This document shows, piece by piece, positions 62,517-64,000 of a stretch of 64,000 nt of DNA. This DNA comes from Lama guanicoe (lineage: Eukaryota): NCBI GenBank assembly GCA_013239625.1, contig MU053431.1, positions 186,001 through 250,000 of the forward strand. The letters run 5' to 3'. The notes beneath the pieces are model-generated. The model had not been told where the DNA came from and did no database searches. It was given only the letters and a program-made list of their open reading frames with translations. A program made the position numbers and the translations under genes. Each line of letters starts with the position of its first letter. Position 1 is the first letter of the stretch.

Positions 62517-64000
62517 AAGACCTAAACAGAACTCAAGAGAGAGCTGGGAGTTCGAGATGTACAAATACTAACTGCTATATATAAAATAGGTAAAAAATAA
62601 AAAAGCAAGTTTCTTCTGTATAGCACAGGGAAATATATTCAGTATCTCATAGTAACCTATAGTGAAAAAAATGAAAACAAATACATGTATGTATATGCAT
62701 GACTGAAACATGCTGTACTCCAGAAATGGACACATGGTAACTGACTATACTTCAATAAATTAAAAAAAAAACTTTGATTACCTCCCGTGACTAACCCAGT
62801 ATAATATGGTCCTTTTCAAGTGGATTCTTGACTGTGTCAACCTGTTTCTGCAGCCTGGAGCTGTCCCTGTGGCAGCAGATCCCAGGACGGCTGACAGGGG
62901 CGGCTGGCTGTCCTGACAGCCCTCTCTGGGTGGACAGCCAGCCAGAGACGTCCCTGGGGGGGACTCGTGAGAAGGACGCGCCATGGTTGCCTTGATCGCC
63001 GGAGTGGAGAGGAGTTAGGCTCTTTCTTTTAATGCCCAAGGCGCTCGTTTTCAGAAAGATGAAGTCAGTTTCATAAACCCACATAGTCAGAACCAACGTT
63101 AGTTCTTGCTGGGCTCAGTGATAAAGGGGCACGATCGCCAAACCATTTTTCTTCCTTGTGTTGATCCACTCCAGGCTGGGAGAGTCCACTCAGCCCTTAG
63201 GCTGGGGTACCTGGGCACCCTGACTGACAGTCCTCCCAAGTGTCCACATCACCGATGGGTGGTTCCCCAGTGAGAGACGAAGGTGCTCTTCCACGGAGGG
63301 GAAGGTGTGGATGCTCAGCAGGTGGACGTGCAGAACCCACTGCACTCACCGCTGTCCTGACCAGAGGATTTGAAGGCTCCCCTCCCAGGTCCGTCTGAGG
63401 CACTGAACAGAGTATGGATAAGATCCCACTTTAAACACAGCCACATTGTTAATACCACATCTTCTCGTCACTATGTGTGTTTGCAAAGAGATGTTTAGAA
63501 GTGAAAAGAATGCTATTATTCATAACATTTCTATTTTTTCTGGCTCTACCTGGTTAATTTCTCCATATAAATAGGAGGAACCTTGAAGCCTTGATTAAAA
63601 ATATGTGCGGTGCCAGGTCACAGTATCACCTATGCTTAGCAAAGATAGATTTGAATATCAAAAGCATGTGGAGTGCAGTGCCGCTGTGCGCTGTGAAGTG
63701 TATGCTAATGTGTTTACTGTTAAATATTACACCGCTCGGCCGTGAGGTGCCCTAGACCTTTACCATGTGAATGTTTGGCGTGGTATATAATTTGAACCAT
63801 AATAGGACAATTATTTTTACGGAATTTGCAAATATTTTTGCTTACAATCGTCTTTGTGACATTCTAACATCAGTACATGTGAAGGTCACTAAAGCAATTT
63901 TCCTAAAAAAAGTGTTTTAATATTAATAAAGATCCCCAAGTAGTATACAGTAAACCATGTTAGCCTCCAGGCTCTTAGAATGGCATTTGGCCTTGGTTTT
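62517..64000 (+). repeat. Tandem segmental duplication, copy 2 (truncated by the window end)
   Basis: starts aagacctaaacagaactcaagagag, identical to 59006 onward; the ORFs at 59273/59286/59692 recur at 62778/62791/63197. Confidence 0.97.

Noticed and set aside
59273..63403. Repeated ORFs (68, 101 and 68 aa) as a tandem gene family
   Set aside because: They recur only because of the DNA duplication; there is no coding signature.
1..64000. Host gene or locus identity; tRNA, rRNA and snRNA genes
   Set aside because: No coding exon or structural RNA gene was recognised; naming the locus needs a BLAT search.

Overview
Repeat-rich, GC-rich mammalian DNA that looks intergenic or deep-intronic. It is most likely camelid (alpaca/camel): the youngest L1 3' ends carry the motif ...AACTGACTATACTTCAATAAA, and I saw no Alu, B1/B2, Bov-tA, PRE1 or SINEC elements. 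No protein-coding exon could be supported; the only recognisable protein sequence is decayed LINE-1 ORF2. The window is a mosaic of old L2, MIR, MaLR/ERVL solo LTRs (MLT1, MLT2, LTR41-like), hAT fossils (MER5A, MER20, MER53, MER58, MER81, MER102, MER112, Charlie1) and L1 fragments. These are separated by repeat-free AT-rich islands full of developmental transcription-factor motifs, which are candidate enhancers. The clearest structural feature is a recent ~3.5-kb tandem duplication (59006-62516, second copy from 62517 past the window end, ~99% identical, divergence unevenly distributed). Other notable items are a ~41-bp L1 nested with its own target-site duplication inside another L1, a motif-rich CpG patch at ~21.4-21.8 kb, and a candidate non-coding exon at 50274-50397. 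I found no convincing novel biological system. Repeat family names come from recalled consensus sequences, and boundaries are approximate unless a TSD is quoted.
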